Positions 38,164 to 48,731 of a stretch of DNA of 64,000 bases are shown here, piece by piece. The DNA is taken from the NCBI GenBank assembly GCA_963806855.1, contig CAWDYW010000003.1:160001-224000 (forward strand). Reading direction: 5' to 3'. The DNA is from an uncultured Verrucomicrobiae bacterium. GTDB taxonomy: Bacteria > Chlamydiota > Chlamydiia > Chlamydiales > Rhabdochlamydiaceae. The stretch's first letter is position 1. Every line of letters begins with the position of its first letter. The translations under genes were made by a program, and so were the position numbers. The notes beneath the pieces were generated by a model that did not search any database, was not told where the DNA came from, and saw nothing but the letters and a program-made list of their open reading frames with translations.

Positions 38164-39351
38164 CTAAAGTCGAAAGATTCCTGCTTCAACGCTCCCTCCA
38201 ACGAGGGCAGCTCCACAGGCTTTTAAGACCGACATTCCGGCGGCCTTTAGAACTATCGCACTGTTGTAGTCACGGGCATTCTTTACTCCGCAATTTGGAC
38301 AATGATACTCCCGGATAGAGAGGGGCATCTTTTGCCGACTATCACATGCCGCACAAATTTGACTGCTTGGAAAATACCTGTCTACTGCTGCAAGGTGTTT
38401 TCCGTGCTCTTCAATTTTGTAATTAAGGCAGTGCAAAAAACTTCCCCAGCCTGCATCTGATATCGCTCGGGAAAGTCCTTTTGGGCTCTTCTCGAGTAGG
38501 CTGGAAATATCTAGGCTCTCAATGCAAAAGATGTCGTGGGTTTTGACCATCTTTGCTGAGAGTTGTTGTACAAAATCATTTCTGAGGTTCTTGATGCTGG
38601 CATGTAACTTGGAGACTTTAAGTCTGGCCTTGAGTCTATTTTTTCCTTTTGGGGTTTTCCTGGATAATTGTCTTGAGAGATATCGAAGATGGGATAGCTT
38701 TTTTCTCAAAAACTTTGGATTTTCAATCTCTTCTGCTCTGTTTTCCTTTCCAGCTGCCGTAGTAGCGAAATGTTCTATCCCTACATCGATCCCTATCGCC
38801 CGCTCTTCATCTATAGGCGCTTTCTTTGGAAGTACCTTTTCCCATTCACATGAGAATGAGATAACCCAATCGGTTCCCTCTTGCAGGATGGTTGTCTCTT
38901 TGATCTCACCTTGGATATCTCGCGATTTTCGAAATTTCACCCATCCGATTTTGGGTAAATAGACCTTGGAATTTTCAACTTTGACTCCTTGTGGGAATCG
39001 GAAGCTCTCATTCATCCCTTTCTTTTTAAATTTTGGATACCCCGGCTTCTTCCCTTTCTTTACTCTTACAAAAAAGTTCTGAAATGCTCTATCGAGATCC
39101 TTAAGCCCTTGTTGAAGCACCTGGCTATGGATTTCTTTCAACCAATAAGTCTCCTCTGTTTCTTTTAATCGGGTTAGTTCTTTGTTCTGCTCGAAATAAG
39201 AAGGGCCTTTTCCAGTAGCTTCGTAGGCTTTTTGTCGCTCATCTAGTCCTCGATTAAATACAAAACGACGAGCCCCGGCAAAGCGTAAGAACATTTCATA
39301 TTGCAACAAAGTAGGTTTTAGCTTGAATTTGAATGCTCTTTTTAAGATCAT
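38164..39351 (-). CDS. tnpB: TnpB RNA-guided endonuclease
   Basis: N-terminal HTH, RuvC motifs GIDVG / IESL / RDYNSA, and zinc finger CAAC...CPNC. Confidence 0.95.
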   Translation of the reverse strand: MILKRAFKFKLKPTLLQYEMFLRFAGARRFVFNRGLDERQKAYEATGKGPSYFEQNKELTRLKETEETYWLKEIHSQVLQQGLKDLDRAFQNFFVRVKKGKKPGYPKFKKKGMNESFRFPQGVKVENSKVYLPKIGWVKFRKSRDIQGEIKETTILQEGTDWVISFSCEWEKVLPKKAPIDEERAIGIDVGIEHFATTAAGKENRAEEIENPKFLRKKLSHLRYLSRQLSRKTPKGKNRLKARLKVSKLHASIKNLRNDFVQQLSAKMVKTHDIFCIESLDISSLLEKSPKGLSRAISDAGWGSFLHCLNYKIEEHGKHLAAVDRYFPSSQICAACDSRQKMPLSIREYHCPNCGVKNARDYNSAIVLKAAGMSVLKACGAALVGGSVEAGIFRL

Positions 39352-39374
39352 GGTTTAAATTTTAAATTTGGCCT

Positions 39375-39791
39375 ATGTTAAAGTCAACAGATTTGAGAAG
39401 AGGTAGATCCTGTGTTTTTGCTCTGCATGTGCATTTGGTCTTTGTTACAAAATACAGAAGGTGTGTCTTCACTAAGTCCATTCTATCTGATCTGAGGAAG
39501 ACCTTTGAAAGTGTCTGCACTGATTTTGAAGCTGTTCTGATAGAATTTGATGGCGAAAAAGACCATGTTCATCTGTTGATCAACTATCCACCTAAAGTAT
39601 CGGTCTCAAAACTTGTAAACTCATTAAAAGGGGTATCTTCGAGGATGATCCGCAAGAAGAACTACCCATCTATTACAAAATATCTATGGGGAAATGCCCT
39701 ATGGTCGCCAAGTTATTTTGCAGGCTCTTGCGGTGGAGCCCCAATATCGATCATTAGACAGTATATTGAACAACAGAATACCCCAGACTAA
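39375..39791 (+). CDS. tnpA: IS200/IS605 Y1 transposase TnpA
   Basis: HLVFVTKYR, HUH motif DHVHLL, LKGVSS, WSPSYF and catalytic YIEQQ. Confidence 0.95.
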   Translation: MLKSTDLRRGRSCVFALHVHLVFVTKYRRCVFTKSILSDLRKTFESVCTDFEAVLIEFDGEKDHVHLLINYPPKVSVSKLVNSLKGVSSRMIRKKNYPSITKYLWGNALWSPSYFAGSCGGAPISIIRQYIEQQNTPD

Positions 39792-39891
39792 ACGGCGCCT
39801 TACATCACGGCCCTAAAGGGCCTTGTAGGATAAATGATTAACACAAATTTTAACAGTTATATCGCAAATCGGCTTGGGAGCACTCCAATTT

Positions 39892-40980
39892 TCAAGTATG
39901 GTTTTTAGCTGCGCTAGTGGAACCAGTATCGATGCAGGCAGACGCTGGATCAGTGATAACATATGCAGTTTGTTGCCCTTCATATTGGGAGTCCTGGGTA
40001 ACACGTTGAGGTATTCTCATCGTGACAGCCGTCGGATTACTAGGGTCAAAACAAAGCTGCATAAACTTCCTTTTGCCAAGGGGGTCCAGTAAAATACAAG
40101 CAGGGGTTTTCCCAAGGTCAAAGTCGGCGGGCCTTTTGTGAATAAAAGAGCAAGGATCCCCTTCCCAAGGCCAAAGTGGTTGCATGACGACATGAACCAT
40201 GCTGGTATCGTTTTCCAACTGATTATAAAACTCACCTAATTTCACCTGTGGCATTAAATCAAACTTGCCCGCCATAAGATTATTTAGATCAGGAAAACAA
40301 GCTCTCGTCACATAATCAGTTGTATTTATCCCTGTGAAAAAGCAAGCAGAAGTGCTCTTTGGATCTGTTATTACAAGTGTAGATGGACCGTAAGAATGTC
40401 TAGTTATGGCATAGATCTCATTGGGATATCTATCGTCCACAAGAGCCATGCACTCTGCAGTTTTTCTTCCTGCTTTAAAACAATCTAAAGGGGGCTGGAG
40501 GACTTGATTTAATCCTATGCATTGTTTCACATGAGTATTCACTTCAAGAACCATTGCAGAAACTTGATGGATTATTAATGCGAAGAGAGCAATTTTGATT
40601 CCTGTCTTCCATATTCCATTGGCCTCAATCGAGTGAGCTGTTTTTAGCAATTTGTTACTATAGCTGACCGTATGCGCGACCATCCAAGCAAGTGTCACTA
40701 ATCTGTTATCCAAAGATAAAACCACGGCGAATTCTACCAAAGTCAAGGCCTCGGGAGAGAGGGTGATCACTTTTTGTCCGTCTTGCTTTGCAATCCTAAA
40801 TAAACCGCTTTGAATCACCATCGCCGTCTTTTGGAACTTCTCTTGAACCGCGGAAGGGATAAATGGCCTAAAAAACCCAGTGACGTAACTCATTGAATTA
40901 TTCACATAGCTATACCCCGACTGCAAAGATGGGGAGCTATACCCCCCGCTGTCAAAAATTGCAAAGTAAGAACCATGCAT
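39892..40980 (-). CDS. Hypothetical Cys-rich membrane-anchored protein
   Basis: 362 aa. Hydrophobic segments, then a Cys-rich region with repeated (L/Y)VITDP..AC units. Confidence 0.65.
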   Translation of the reverse strand: MHGSYFAIFDSGGYSSPSLQSGYSYVNNSMSYVTGFFRPFIPSAVQEKFQKTAMVIQSGLFRIAKQDGQKVITLSPEALTLVEFAVVLSLDNRLVTLAWMVAHTVSYSNKLLKTAHSIEANGIWKTGIKIALFALIIHQVSAMVLEVNTHVKQCIGLNQVLQPPLDCFKAGRKTAECMALVDDRYPNEIYAITRHSYGPSTLVITDPKSTSACFFTGINTTDYVTRACFPDLNNLMAGKFDLMPQVKLGEFYNQLENDTSMVHVVMQPLWPWEGDPCSFIHKRPADFDLGKTPACILLDPLGKRKFMQLCFDPSNPTAVTMRIPQRVTQDSQYEGQQTAYVITDPASACIDTGSTSAAKNHT

Positions 40981-40989
40981 TTTGGCAAC

Positions 40990-42909
40990 TCATTCTATCA
41001 GTTCGTTAATCGTCAGCGGAGGGAGATCGTTCTTTTTGATCTCTTTGACGATTTTCCAGTAGCTTTTGAGGCTGTCGAGGGGGACATGGTCTTGCAGATG
41101 CTTGAGCTCAATGTCGAATTCGGCGCTGCGTCCACTGATCCGTGTCACTTGGGTGTAATGGAGCGAAGGGTGATCCCGTAGGTAGGTTTCTTCGAAAGCG
41201 TCCCATTCAAGATAGGGGTTTTCGATTCGGATGTGTTCTTTGGTCCAGAGTGGGTAGTTGAGTTTGTAGGGGGCTGTACGGGCAGGATTGAGATGGGTAT
41301 CAAGGGACCAGTGGAGGGTATAGGAATAGAGGTCGAGCTCTTCGTCGAATGGGATCCGATAGGTCATGGTCATGGTGAGGATGTTGCTTTCTCGATCATC
41401 GGAGGTCTCGAGCGGGATCTCGATCTCTACCGCTCCGTAATGATGCTGCAGGTCGTGCAATAGGCTATCAGAAATGCGTTTGTGCCCCCTTTCCTTTAGT
41501 GTTCGGCGCCAGTAATCGGCTTCAAAGCCGTAGAAGGTGGCGCTATTTCTCATCAGGGCTTCTTCTTTGGAGGCGAAGGTGATCAAGGTGTCAATTTCTG
41601 TAGGGTGGGGGAGGGTGCGATTAGGAAGGGAAGTCAGCTCTGTGGTGGTGTCGTCGATGAGCATTCCCCAATGGTAGCTGGGTATGGAGTTGGTCTCCAG
41701 GGAGCCGCCTTGGAGGTTGATTGTCGAATCGATCCAATAGGGTGTCCCGTCGAGATTGATTTGGAGGATGACGTGGTTAAAGAGGCGGGGCATGGGGAGC
41801 ACATGGGGAAGTCTAGGGCCGTGAGTGGAATGGACGAGAAGGGGGGTGGAGTCGATCTCGAGCAGGTGCAGGAGAGTCCGCAGAAGCTGGGTCTTATCTT
41901 TGCAATCGCCAAAGCGTCGTTGGAAGGTGATGCGGGGATCGGTCGGGGTGAAGGCGCCGACGTTCTCTTCGATGCCAAGATAGCGCACTTGATCTTGTAC
42001 AAAGCGGATGGCTAGGAGCGCTTGCTCGGAAAGGATTGGGGTGGCCTCTTTCCAGCTCTCGACCAGGGTGATCATTTCGGGGGGCAAAGTTTCGGGAAAG
42101 TCAGCAGGCAGGCGATAGAGAGGGGCAACTTTTTGCGCTACGTCGGCCCAGGTTTTATATTGGCTCAGCTGGAGGTGGGCAGGGGGATTGTGCCAAACGG
42201 GCTGGTCATTTTCAGATTTGTAAACGGATGGGTTCACAGCGGTCCATTCCCATTCTCTTAAGGAAGGGGCGTGGTCGGTGATGGTGGGCTCGACGGGGGT
42301 GTTGATCGCTTTGAACTCGAAGGGAAGATCGGGATGGGCCAAAAGGCGGTAATTCATCTGTTCAACTGCAAAGGTGTCTTGGAAATAGATTAAATCGGTA
42401 AGATGGGAGCCAAAAATGGGTGTTTCTCCGACGATTGAGTAAGAATATTCGAGGATGTCTCCCTCACGAATATCTTCGATAAAATAGATTGCGGTCAGGT
42501 CGCCGTTATAGAGATTTTTCTCGAGTTCAGATTCTCTTTGAACGATGTTGTGGCGGGCATCTTCCAATCGGTCGGTCCACTCTCCGTCGCGGTGTACTCG
42601 GATCTGGTGCATCACCACTTGTGAGTAAGTGGGATCGAAATCGATGCTCAACTGCGAAATAGCTTCGATCCCCGCTTGGGAAAGCATCTTAATCACATAA
42701 TGTTGGTAAACGCTTTTTTCCTCCCAGTTGCGCTGGGTCTCGATCAAGAGGTATTGGAGGTTGACCTGGGTTGGCTTAAGCTCCACTGGCTGTAGCGGAA
42801 AATCGACACCTTTCACCCATTCTGGTGTGGGCTCTATCGAGCACTGCTCTGTTGGGTGGAGGGGAGTTAAGATAAGGCTTAGAAGGAGGAGGAGGACTTT
42901 ATAAAACAT
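40990..42909 (-). CDS. DUF3857 + transglutaminase-like exported protein
   Basis: Signal peptide, REGDILEYSYS, FVQDQVRY, GDCKDK, FNHVI and WIDST. Confidence 0.88.
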   Translation of the reverse strand: MFYKVLLLLLSLILTPLHPTEQCSIEPTPEWVKGVDFPLQPVELKPTQVNLQYLLIETQRNWEEKSVYQHYVIKMLSQAGIEAISQLSIDFDPTYSQVVMHQIRVHRDGEWTDRLEDARHNIVQRESELEKNLYNGDLTAIYFIEDIREGDILEYSYSIVGETPIFGSHLTDLIYFQDTFAVEQMNYRLLAHPDLPFEFKAINTPVEPTITDHAPSLREWEWTAVNPSVYKSENDQPVWHNPPAHLQLSQYKTWADVAQKVAPLYRLPADFPETLPPEMITLVESWKEATPILSEQALLAIRFVQDQVRYLGIEENVGAFTPTDPRITFQRRFGDCKDKTQLLRTLLHLLEIDSTPLLVHSTHGPRLPHVLPMPRLFNHVILQINLDGTPYWIDSTINLQGGSLETNSIPSYHWGMLIDDTTTELTSLPNRTLPHPTEIDTLITFASKEEALMRNSATFYGFEADYWRRTLKERGHKRISDSLLHDLQHHYGAVEIEIPLETSDDRESNILTMTMTYRIPFDEELDLYSYTLHWSLDTHLNPARTAPYKLNYPLWTKEHIRIENPYLEWDAFEETYLRDHPSLHYTQVTRISGRSAEFDIELKHLQDHVPLDSLKSYWKIVKEIKKNDLPPLTINELIE

Positions 42910-42983
42910 GTATATTCCTTTTTTTGAGAATAATAGAATACTCGATCAGATGTTAATATTCTAGTTTTCAAAATAAATATTGA

Positions 42984-45223
42984 CTATCCCTGGACGATGC
43001 CGCATTGAGTTGCCACTCCGATCCGATAGCAGCGCTTTTCTGGATTATAAGTTAGGGAGCCGTGCAGTTGTTTTAAGTAGAGGGATAGTGTGCTTTTCCA
43101 ATCGTCGGTTCTTTCAATTGAGAAGACTCTTCTGACAAGCCGATCGACGGATGTCTCTAACACCAATCGGCAAAGATCTAGCGCTTGGGATTGACCCTTA
43201 AGCGATACTGCACTGACAAGCTCATCTTCAGCCTTGGCCAAGAGTGTAGCGGCGGTCACTTCAAATTTACATCGGACATATCTTGAGGCTACTTGCCACA
43301 TGGGATGCCAAAGCTGCTTGGGGAACTCTTATGCATTTTACGGGTGATACTCGGGGCTTGACTCCATTTGGGATCGGTGGTCTGGTCTTCTTTGATATTC
43401 TCTGACTGTGGGGAAGCTGGATTTAAATTTGTTGATGGAATTCGGTCCAAAATTGATGGAGAATATCAAAGAAAGGGCGGGATGGATAGGCTTGCGTTTT
43501 AAGTCGTTCTCCCCACTCTTCTAGGGTTTCATTTGGGCGCCAGTGGAAATACCGTTTGGATTGAAGATAAAGGGTATAGGGGTCAGCATCAGCTGGGATT
43601 GTGCTAGGAGGCTCGGTTGTGCGGCTTTCTATATCCAATTTTGCCAGGAGGCTATCTCGCTCGGATAGGGTGAGAGGCTGCGTATGAGGAAATTGTTCTG
43701 GATAGTAGGCCGCCCTGATATTTGCATCTAAATTTGTGTTAAGGGTGTTTGGGGGAACGGATGCAAAAATTGAAAATCTCGCCCAATTTAGAAATTCTTC
43801 ACTTAATTCATATGGGCGCGTGTTATCGGGCAGTTCTAAATAGTTTCTTAAGTAAATAATCGCCATATGAAAGGCAAATGGGTCATCGGCGAGTAAAGCA
43901 TGGCTACAATACTCTTCCAAACTTTGTTTTTGGGGTATAGGAAGCGGGAGATTTAGTTCTGGACCTTTGACTGCGAGGGAAAGCTCAAATATTTTTCCCA
44001 TCAAACGACACCCTTGATTCGTGATTGCGGCGCCGAGGGAAAGGTGAGACTCATTAGAAATGCCGAATTTTTGATCAAATTTGAAAGACGGAACTAGGGG
44101 AGCGAACTTCTTTATTTCTTCAAGCGTTGGCAAGCAAAAGACAGAGCTTTTCTCGGGGTTAGATTTTTTGAAGTTTTCCAAGATCCACGGATTTGGGTTT
44201 TTTGATGCACAGCAATAGACGAGTGTAGCCTTTGTTAAAGTGTAGATGGCCTGATATAGGCTTTCCAACTCGGGTTCATATTTATTGATGTTATCTAGGA
44301 TATGTTGCAATCCAAAATAGAGAAAGATAAAGGATTCTGGCATGGCCCCCAAGGCTGTGAGTTGATGCCTCGAGAAACTCCTCGATACGCTTGAGTTCGA
44401 AGGGCTCTGTCTCCATCATCGCGATGAAGCTTTCGATTTGATGGGAATAAGGATTTGCTAAGTTAGGGCATACAAAATCTTGCTCACTTCTAAAGTCAAT
44501 ATAGCTGACTAGGATGTTTTGGACGTAATCGGAAAAAAAGCTCTGATTGAGCGAGGTGGCCATGCGCACTAAAGCGATTCTAGCGAATCAGGGCGTCCAT
44601 TCAGAGCCTAGGCCAGTGCAAGCCACGGTTGAAAGAGTGGCTGCCCTGGAGTTGCGTTACTATCCCGCATTAATTGTAATAAGGCGGAAGAGATCTCCTT
44701 ATTAGCGAGATTACAAATGCAAGTTTCTAAGTTCTTTGGTGCTTGTGGGAATAGGAGTTCAAAGGTGCTTGCTCCTAAAGAGGCCGTTTTAATCATCGCT
44801 GGCAGGAGGATATCTTCAGGATAGAATTCTCTTAGAATCTCGAAGATTTCGATGGCTCTGGCTTTAGAAAAGGAGGATTGGGAGGTAATTCCTTAGAGAG
44901 GGAATGGAGACAGAAGATATAGGTCAAATGGTTGTCACACACTTTTCCCTCTGCGAGAAAGCGTCTTAAGGTGGCATCATCCATGATATTTAAATGGAAG
45001 AGAAAAATGGGATAAAAAGGGGACAAAAGAGGCGGACCTTAAGTCTCGAAGGGTCCTAAATTGTTTCTCAAAGTCAGTTCGTAATTTCGTATCATTTGGA
45101 TTCAACGAACATTCGACACCCAATTGTAAATAGTTGGGGAGGAGCTCGTCCCAATTGGGAGGGGGGCAGGAGAGGTGCGTGAAAATAAGCGGTTCAATGA
45201 TGGTGCAAAGCTGTAACTGACAT
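42984..45223 (-). pseudogene. Large hypothetical gene broken into at least 5 frames
   Basis: Co-oriented, abutting or overlapping fragments (42984-43301, 43423-44352, 44291-44569, 44608-44796, 44832-45026) downstream of an ATG at 45223. Confidence 0.55.
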
Positions 45224-45281
45224 ATAAAAAAATTTTCGGATTAGATGGTTTTAATAGAAGGGATTATAAGCCTAGTGCGTA

Positions 45282-45738
45282 TTAAAATTCTTCTCTTAAA
45301 ATTTCGAGTTCACGGATCAATGTTTCCGTCTGCTCTGGGAACTGCAAGAAGCTGAGGAGGATTTTCCTCAGATCGGACCCTAGGGGATTGCGCGGGTCGT
45401 AGTTTTTGGCTGCTTGGAGGAGGCTCAAATTGCCCTTTATCCCAGGGATCGAGAGGGGTTGGGTCAAAACGTTCTGGATGATCTCTCCAGCATCTTTGAG
45501 GTCTTCACGAATCATTCACCGAAGCTGCTTGGTTGGAAAGGTTGTCGAGGTTGTTGATGCTCTGGGCCAAATTCCTTAAAGTCGGCTCGCTGTCGGCCAG
45601 ATGGGGATTTTTCATGAGTTCGTCGATTTCTCCACAGAAGTCGCCAAGATGCGCCCTCAAGGAGCTTGCCAGATGGTGGAAGATGTCTTCCGGTTCTCTG
45701 GGGGGAAAGGAGGGTGTACGTCCTACTTCTGCGACCAT
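45282..45738 (-). pseudogene. Hypothetical gene split by one frameshift
   Basis: Overlapping ORFs 45505-45738 and 45282-45515. Confidence 0.5.
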
Positions 45739-45753
45739 AAGGTCACTTTAGGA

Positions 45754-47339
45754 CTAGCCCTGTTTAGATGTCAAGTATTCCGCATAAGATCCGTCAAAGG
45801 TGCGGATGCCGCTCTCTTCAATTGAGAGGATCTTTTTGGCTCCGTGGTCGATTAGATCCCGGTCATGGCTGGCGAAGATGACGGTCCCTTTGAAATCTTC
45901 AAGGGCCCAGCCGAGGGCGGAGACCGCTTCGAGGTCGAGGTGGTTGTTCGGCTCGTCGAGGATGAGGACGTTGTAGTTGCAGAGCATGAGGCCTCCGATG
46001 ATTAGGCGGGCGGTCTCTCCGCCTGAGAGGTGTCAGAGCTGTTTGAAGGCATCGTCGCCGCCAAAGAGCATTTTGCCGAGGATGCTGCGGATATCTTGAT
46101 CGTAGACCCCTTCACGGCGCGCTTTCAGCCAGTCAAAGGCGGTCATCTTGCTCGTTTTGTCGACGACATCATCGTGGTTTTGGGGGAAATAGCCGATCTC
46201 GACATGGTGGCCGACTTCGATTTTCCCTTTGTCTTGAGTGTAGCACGCCGGCGAGCATTTTTAGCAGGGTGGTCTTCCCTCTGCCGTTATTGCCGATGAC
46301 GCCGATCTTGTCACCTTTGATGATGTCGCAAGAGAAATTGCGGATGACTGGCAGGCCGTCGTAGCCTTTGGAGACGTTTTCGAAGCTGATAGACATCTGT
46401 CCGGAGGGTTTTTCTGGGGGGTAGAAGCGGATATAGGGGCGTTGGATGTTCGATTTTTTCAGCTCTTGCGGCTGGAGCCGCTCGATTTCGCGGATGCGCG
46501 ATTGCACTTGGCTGGCGCGCGGTTCCAGCGCCGAATTTGGCGACAAATTCGCGCAGCTGGGCGATTTTCTTCTCTTTGGCTTTGTTTTCATGGTCGGCCC
46601 GCTCGCGCACCGCGGTTTTGGCGACGACCATCATATCGTAGTTGCCAGGATAGATGATGATGGTTTCATAGTCGATGTCGGCGATGTGGGTGGTGACGGC
46701 GTTGAGGAAGTGGCGGTCGTGGCTGACGACGATCAGCGCGCCTTTGTATTCGTGGAGGAAGGTCTTCGAGCCAGCTGATCGATTCGAGGTCGAGGTGGTT
46801 GGTCGGTTCGTCGAGGATCAGGGCGGGCGGACTTGCCGAAGAGGGCTTGGCAGAGCATCACGCGGAACTGCAGGTCGGTGGGGATCGCGTGCATCTGTTT
46901 CTGCCAATGGAGTCGGGCGGATCCCATCCCGCTGAGGAGTACTTCGGCATCGGATTCAGCGGTATAGCCATCTTCGTCGCCGATGATCTCTTCGAGCTCG
47001 CCCAGGCGGATCCCCACTTCGTCGGTCATCTCTTCGTTCGTAAAGGCGTTCCCGTTCAGTGAGCGCATCCCAAAGACGTTTGTTGCCCATGATCACAGTG
47101 TCGATGACTTTTTGCTCGGCGAAGTCTTCGATATTTTGCCTGAGAAAGCCGACTTTGCTCGGCAGCGAGACCGATCCCGAGGTGGGTTCTACTGTCCCCA
47201 TGATGATTTTGAGCAGAGTCGACTTGCCCGCTCCATTGGGGCCAGTCAGTCCATAGCATCCCTGGTTGAAGGTGACGGTGACATCTTCGAAAAGAAGACG
47301 TGTGCCGACTTTTTTAGTAACAGAATTTAGCGTAATCAT
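45754..47339 (-). pseudogene. ABC-F family ATPase (YbiT-like) with multiple frameshifts, possibly sequencing errors
   Basis: GPNGAGKSTL, GNNGRGKTTL, LDEPNNHLD and SHDR are spread over different frames. Confidence 0.85.
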
Positions 47340-47398
47340 AATAGAGTAAGGATAGCACAAAGGGGGCTGCTCTGACAAGCCGTTTCGAACAAGCAGAA

Positions 47399-48349
47399 TT
47401 GCAATTTTTTCATCATCTCTCGGTCAAGAATGCGTCGGGGCATACTCTGCGCAACTATACCAATGACCTGAAGAGCTTTAAACTTTTTTTGAAGAACGAA
47501 AAAATCGAGCTCTCCACCATCGACGAAATCGACAAGCGGCTCATCCGCAATTATTTGGCCCACCTCAATTTCGAACAGGCCTCGAAGCGGACGATCCTCC
47601 GCCGCCTCGCCTGCCTCCGCTCCTTTTTCAAATACCTCAAGCGGGAAAAGCTGGTTGCCCACAATCCGATGGAGGAGATCGACTCACCCAAGCTCGAAAA
47701 GTCGATCCCTAAATCGCTCTCCTACGAGCAGGTTGAGCGGCTCTTCAGCCAACCCGAGGTTGACACCTATCTCGGCTTTCGGGATCGGTGCATCATGGAG
47801 CTGCTCTATAGCTCTGGCCTGCGCATCAGCGAGGTGGCAGGGCTCAATCGGCGCGACTTTGACCAGCGGAACATGGTGCTGAGGATCCTGGGTAAAGGGA
47901 AAAAAGAACGGATTGTTCCGATCACCGAGATGGCTGCCAAGTGGCTACACGATTATCTCAATCACCCCGAGCGAAAAGTCGATGGGAAATTGCACCAGGC
48001 CCAGGTCGATCCTGACGCGGTCTTTCTCAATAAATGGGGCAAACGGATCACGATGCGCTCACTCGATCGGAACTTTGCCAAATACCTGCTCTCGAGCGGC
48101 CTCTCCGAGGATGTGACTCCCCATACGATCCGACACACGATTGCGACCCACTGGCTGGAGAAGGGGATGGATCTGAAGACGATTCAGGTGCTGCTTGGAC
48201 ACACTTCACTGGTGACGACGACAATCTACACCCAAGTTTCGACACGGCTGAAGAGGGAAGTGTACGACAAGGCTCATCCAAGTGCTTTGGGGCAAGGGCA
48301 GGGAGAACGCAAAGACGCCAAGGCGCAAAGACGCGAAGAAAAACAATAA
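47399..48349 (+). CDS. xerC: Tyrosine recombinase XerC
   Basis: SGLRISE, GKGKKER, HTIRH, LLGH and TTIY. The frame is open upstream to a CTG at 47372. Confidence 0.88.
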   Translation: MQFFHHLSVKNASGHTLRNYTNDLKSFKLFLKNEKIELSTIDEIDKRLIRNYLAHLNFEQASKRTILRRLACLRSFFKYLKREKLVAHNPMEEIDSPKLEKSIPKSLSYEQVERLFSQPEVDTYLGFRDRCIMELLYSSGLRISEVAGLNRRDFDQRNMVLRILGKGKKERIVPITEMAAKWLHDYLNHPERKVDGKLHQAQVDPDAVFLNKWGKRITMRSLDRNFAKYLLSSGLSEDVTPHTIRHTIATHWLEKGMDLKTIQVLLGHTSLVTTTIYTQVSTRLKREVYDKAHPSALGQGQGERKDAKAQRREEKQ

Positions 48350-48381
48350 ATTTTTTTATTGCGTCTTTGCGTCTTTGCGTT
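48306..48381. repeat. 8-mer-based hairpin (copy 3), overlapping the xerC 3' end
   Basis: aacgcaaagacgccaaggcgcaaagacgcg ... ttgcgtctttgcgtctttgcgtt. Confidence 0.9.
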
Positions 48382-48390
48382 GAAAAAAAA

Positions 48391-48726
48391 GGGGGGAAGC
48401 GATAAGCCGGATTCTGTCGTGGGCAATCATTCCTCTAGGAGATATGTCGCCATACCTCTCGAGCGATCATGCCGCAGGCCGTGCTAAGAAACACATGCGG
48501 CCCGCTGGCTCTTGCTTCAGATAGGGTTTACAACGTCTCTATATTTCTATAGAGCGATCGACTCCTAAAGCCGATATTTTCATCCTGTTCCCCGAAGGGA
48601 CGGTTTGTTTTCTGTTACACTTTCCGTAGCCTTTCGGCCCCCAGTCTTTCACTGGTATCTCTCTCCTGCGAAGTCCAGACTTTCCTCTCCTACAATGCTG
48701 CAGACAGCGATTGCCTGCTTTCCCCC
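48391..48726 (-). ncRNA. rnpB: RNase P RNA (bacterial type A)
   Basis: Minus strand has GAGGAAAGTCTGGAC near the 5' end and ACAGAATCCGGCTTAT near the 3' end. The ends pair (GGGGGAA / TTCCCCC). Confidence 0.95.
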
Positions 48727-48731
48727 AGAAA

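Larger units (their letters stand above)
38149..39829 (-). mobile_element. IS200/IS605 family element with divergent tnpA and tnpB
   Basis: Right end on the minus strand: TCGAC-TTTA-GTCGA hairpin then GGTTCAA. Left-end hairpin GGCCCT-TT-AGGGCC near 39809-39822. Boundaries approximate. Confidence 0.85.

Noticed and set aside
38164..39351. TnpB as a Cas12 effector
   Set aside because: 395 aa, paired with tnpA and IS end hairpins, with no array nearby.
45754..47339. Programmed frameshifting in the ABC-F gene
   Set aside because: Too many shifts, and neighbouring genes are also affected. Error or decay is simpler.
47399..48349. Tyrosine recombinase as the integrase of the neighbouring accessory block or of an integron
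   Set aside because: It looks like housekeeping XerC in a core context. No integron-integrase insertion was evident and it is not linked to the direct repeats. A trans role cannot be excluded.
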